From Caldisericaceae bacterium (lineage in GTDB: Bacteria; Caldisericota; Caldisericia; Caldisericales; Caldisericaceae), in the NCBI GenBank assembly GCA_049967855.1, contig JBMFRX010000001.1:32001-96000 (forward strand): a DNA stretch of 64,000 nt. Reading direction: 5' to 3'. Below are positions 61,238 through 64,000 of this stretch, in pieces; the first letter of the stretch is position 1; the number at the start of each line of letters is the position of its first letter. Both the position numbers and the translations under genes were made by a program. Under the pieces are notes generated by a model, which was not told the DNA's origin, did no database searches, and saw only the letters and a list, made by a program, of their open reading frames with translations.

Positions 61238-61711
61238 ATGGCTTCAAAGACAGTATATACACAAAGCGAAGCCTCAACTGAGCAATTTGGCAAGAAACTT
61301 GCGCAGACTGTCATTTCAGGTGGTTTTAAGACTTTTTTGGTACTGTTGGAAGGGGAATTAGGCGCAGGTAAAACCGTGCTCACAAAAGGCATTGCTTTAG
61401 GACTTGGAAGTACTCAGATTACACAGAGCCCTACTTTTGTATTTCTAGCAGTTCACAGTGGAGGAGTTATGCCTCTCTACCATTTTGACCTTTACAGAAT
61501 AAAAGACCCTTCCGAGGTTGATGAGTTAGGGTTTTTTGAGTTTTTAACAAGAGAAGGGGTGCTTGTTGTCGAATGGGGAGAGCGCGTCGAGGATTTTTTG
61601 GACTACGATTTGAAAATAAATTTCAAGATAACCTCTCACAAAGCAAGGGAATTAAGAATGGAGTTTTGCAACCACCAACTTGAGGAAATCTATGAACGTA
61701 CTAATCTTTAA
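61238..61711 (+). CDS. tsaE: t6A biosynthesis ATPase
   Basis: GELGAGKT, SPTF, HFDLYR, VEW. Confidence 0.94.
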   Translation: MASKTVYTQSEASTEQFGKKLAQTVISGGFKTFLVLLEGELGAGKTVLTKGIALGLGSTQITQSPTFVFLAVHSGGVMPLYHFDLYRIKDPSEVDELGFFEFLTREGVLVVEWGERVEDFLDYDLKINFKITSHKARELRMEFCNHQLEEIYERTNL

Positions 61712-62387
61712 TCAGGCGATTTCACCATCAATTTTGGTTTTTGGAGGAGAGAAAGAAGTGGTTTTTGCTGTTATAGAAACTCCTCCGAAGAATAGCCCCA
61801 ACAACTTGATTTATCTTGCAAAGCATATGTTTGACACGTTGAATATTGCAAAGGATTCTGTAGAAGCAGTAGCAACGGTGTACGGACCGGGAAGCTTCAC
61901 GGGAACTCGTGTAGGTGTTGTAGATGCTAAGGTGATTGCGTATGCACTGAGAGTGCCGTTATTTGCAATTAACTCGCTTGACTTTGTTGCTTCTCATTAC
62001 GAGGGAAAAGCTTTGACTGCAATCCCAGCTGGCAGAAAAGAGTACTTTGGGGCCCTGTTTGATAAAGGAGTGAGACTTTCGGAAGATGCAATCTATACCG
62101 AGGATGAACTTAAAGACTACAGCGGAATGATTGTTTCACAAGATGAGAGGCTCTGTAATTTGTTGCCTTCGGGTAATTGCACAAGAGTCGACCTTTTGCC
62201 TTCAAAGCTCTTGAAATTAACTTTGGAGCAGATTGAAATGAAGAATAATATCAAGGATCCTCTGGCTCTTACTCCTAAATACTTGCATGCAGTTGATGTG
62301 ATCTTCAAAAAAAGAGATTCTAAAAACAACCAATCGAACGAAAATCTTGTGGAAGGAAAGAGATCTTCTTCTTTCAAGAGGACATAG
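61692..62387 (+). CDS. tsaB: t6A biosynthesis protein TsaB
   Basis: GPGSFTGTRVG, L.P.YL; start ATG 61692. Confidence 0.9.
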   Translation: MNVLIFNQAISPSILVFGGEKEVVFAVIETPPKNSPNNLIYLAKHMFDTLNIAKDSVEAVATVYGPGSFTGTRVGVVDAKVIAYALRVPLFAINSLDFVASHYEGKALTAIPAGRKEYFGALFDKGVRLSEDAIYTEDELKDYSGMIVSQDERLCNLLPSGNCTRVDLLPSKLLKLTLEQIEMKNNIKDPLALTPKYLHAVDVIFKKRDSKNNQSNENLVEGKRSSSFKRT

Positions 62388-62390
62388 CTA

Positions 62391-62852
62391 ATGGATGAAG
62401 ACTTTAAGATTGTAAAAGCCACTTCAAAAGATATTGACAGAATTATTGAAATAGAAGAGAAATCTTACGAAGACCCCTGGCCAAGAGAGGTTTTTATGAT
62501 AGATTATCTTTTCAATAACTGCTCTCTCTATTTTGTCTTGAAAATAAAAAGCAAGGTGGCAGGTTTCATAGGAATATGGGAAGAAGAAAGCAGCCTTCAT
62601 GTGATTAATCTTGCCATAGACCCAGACTACCGAAGAAAAGGATATGGCAGACTTATGCTTCAGTTTGCTGTCGACCTTGCCTTGAATAAGAAAGTAGGGA
62701 AAGTTTATCTTGAGGCAAGAAAGTCTAATGTGATTGCACAAAAACTCTATACTTCGTGCGGCTTTGTTCCTGTGGAGGAGTTGAGATCCTATTACCAGGA
62801 TGGAGAAGACGGTGTAAGAATGATGAAAACTTTATTAAAAGGGGAACAGTAA
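62391..62852 (+). CDS. rimI: Ribosomal-protein-alanine N-acetyltransferase
   Basis: PW, NLAI.P.YRRKGYG, LEARKSN..AQKLY, YY.DGEDG. Confidence 0.9.
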   Translation: MDEDFKIVKATSKDIDRIIEIEEKSYEDPWPREVFMIDYLFNNCSLYFVLKIKSKVAGFIGIWEEESSLHVINLAIDPDYRRKGYGRLMLQFAVDLALNKKVGKVYLEARKSNVIAQKLYTSCGFVPVEELRSYYQDGEDGVRMMKTLLKGEQ

Positions 62853-62853
62853 A

Positions 62854-63858
62854 ATGATTGTTTTGGGAATAGAAACTTCTTGTGACGATACAGCTGCATC
62901 GATTGTTGAAGAGAAAGGCTTAATACTGAGCAACGTTTTATCTTCTCAAGACTCTTTTCATAAAGATTTCGGAGGAATTGTGCCTGAAATTGCTTCAAGA
63001 AAACACTCCGAATTGATTGGATACACGATAGTCGAAGCACTTAAGCTCGCAAACAAGGATTTAAATAGTATTGACCTAATATCTGTTACCAAAGGACCTG
63101 GTCTTGTTGGTTCGCTTCTTGTGGGCCTTGAGGCTGCAAAAGCACTTTCATTTGCTCTTGATAAACCTTTGATTGGCGTTAATCATCTTGAAGGTCATAT
63201 TTATTCGTTGTTTCTTGACAATTCCGAACTTCCTTTGAATAATGATGTTTTCCCTCTTTTGATATTAATAGTATCTGGTGGTCATACCGAGCTTATCCTT
63301 ATGAAGGAACACCTTCACTATGAAATGATTGGAGAAACGCGGGATGATGCCGCAGGTGAGGCTCTTGATAAATTTGCTCGCTTCCTCGGCTATGCTTATC
63401 CTGGTGGTCCAATAATTGAGAAACTGGGTGCTTCAGGTGACCCTAAAGCCTTCAAGTTTCCTGGACTGTCATTTAAGGGGTCTCCTTATGAATTCAGTTT
63501 TAGTGGACTTAAAACTGCTGGTATTTACTTTGCAGAAGAACACAAAAAAGAGATTGAGACAAGAATAGCAGATGTCGCTGCAAGTTTCGAAACTGCCCTG
63601 GTTGAGATTCTTGTGAAGCGCACTTTAAAAGCGGCAAATGATTTTAAAGTGAAGGGCATAGGAGTTGTGGGAGGGGTATCTGCAAATACCAGATTGAGGG
63701 AAACCCTTAAGGCAAGGTCAAGCGTTCCAGTCTACTTCCCTCCAAAAGCTCTGTCAACTGACAATGCGGCAATGATTGCTCTTGCAGGCTTGACGCACTT
63801 TAAAAAAGGCGAGAAAGATAATCTTTCACTTGATGTATTCTCTCGCTTGGAGCTTTGA
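62854..63858 (+). CDS. tsaD: t6A transferase
   Basis: GIETSCDDT, GGIVPEIASRKH, NHLEGH, SGGHT, DDAAGEA.DK, TDNAAMI. Confidence 0.97.
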   Translation: MIVLGIETSCDDTAASIVEEKGLILSNVLSSQDSFHKDFGGIVPEIASRKHSELIGYTIVEALKLANKDLNSIDLISVTKGPGLVGSLLVGLEAAKALSFALDKPLIGVNHLEGHIYSLFLDNSELPLNNDVFPLLILIVSGGHTELILMKEHLHYEMIGETRDDAAGEALDKFARFLGYAYPGGPIIEKLGASGDPKAFKFPGLSFKGSPYEFSFSGLKTAGIYFAEEHKKEIETRIADVAASFETALVEILVKRTLKAANDFKVKGIGVVGGVSANTRLRETLKARSSVPVYFPPKALSTDNAAMIALAGLTHFKKGEKDNLSLDVFSRLEL

Positions 63859-63864
63859 TTAGCT

Positions 63865-64000
63865 TCAAGAAAAATATGTCTCATTATAGACAAATGTAAA
63901 ATAAGCCCTTTCAAGTTCTTTTTCTTGAATATTACGCTCAACAATATCAGATATTGTCAATAACATCGCTGAAGTTAAGCAAAATTGGAAACTTTCATTT
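63865..64000 (-). CDS. Possible 3' end of a convergent gene extending beyond the window
   Basis: Frame open from the window edge (...ERNIQEKELERAYFTFVYNETYFS*). Confidence 0.35.
   Translation of the reverse strand, partial: NESFQFCLTSAMLLTISDIVERNIQEKELERAYFTFVYNETYFS

Overview
Mostly core bacterial chromosome with a low-GC, anaerobe-like gene content. A Caldisericia-like lineage is my inference from gene style and the stalk-domain fragment, not proven. The window opens with the 3' part of an rRNA operon (23S, 5S), then ileS, a frameshifted ktrB with ktrA, a HAD hydrolase and hutH. Next come a maltodextrin ABC transporter with a GH15 enzyme, an ODP di-iron protein and lspA-rluD-smpB-amidase-murI. 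These are followed by clpC-lepA-hemW, gyrBA, rplU-rpmA-obgE-nadD, a photolyase, groESL with a CIRCE element, nine tRNAs, a Na+-type membrane PPase and an LCP protein. The last part holds dprA-trmFO, a DUF4388-mglB-mglA-udk operon, an M18 aminopeptidase and rpsF-ssb-rpsR-rplI-dnaB-tsaE-tsaB-rimI-tsaD. The only accessory segment is a ~3.7 kb decayed prophage early region (46.5-50.2 kb). It carries a CI-like repressor, an O-like replication gene with five palindromic iterons, a truncated DnaC, a sigma factor split into region-2 and region-4 genes, and LexA-type boxes. Other highlights: near-consensus promoters with a recurring 16-bp spacer, a candidate anti-Shine-Dalgarno sRNA under Pho-box-like repeats, an in-frame UGA with a downstream hairpin in an MBL-fold gene, a 38-aa histone-H1-like microprotein missed by the ORF track, and a GVHH-type IleRS2.
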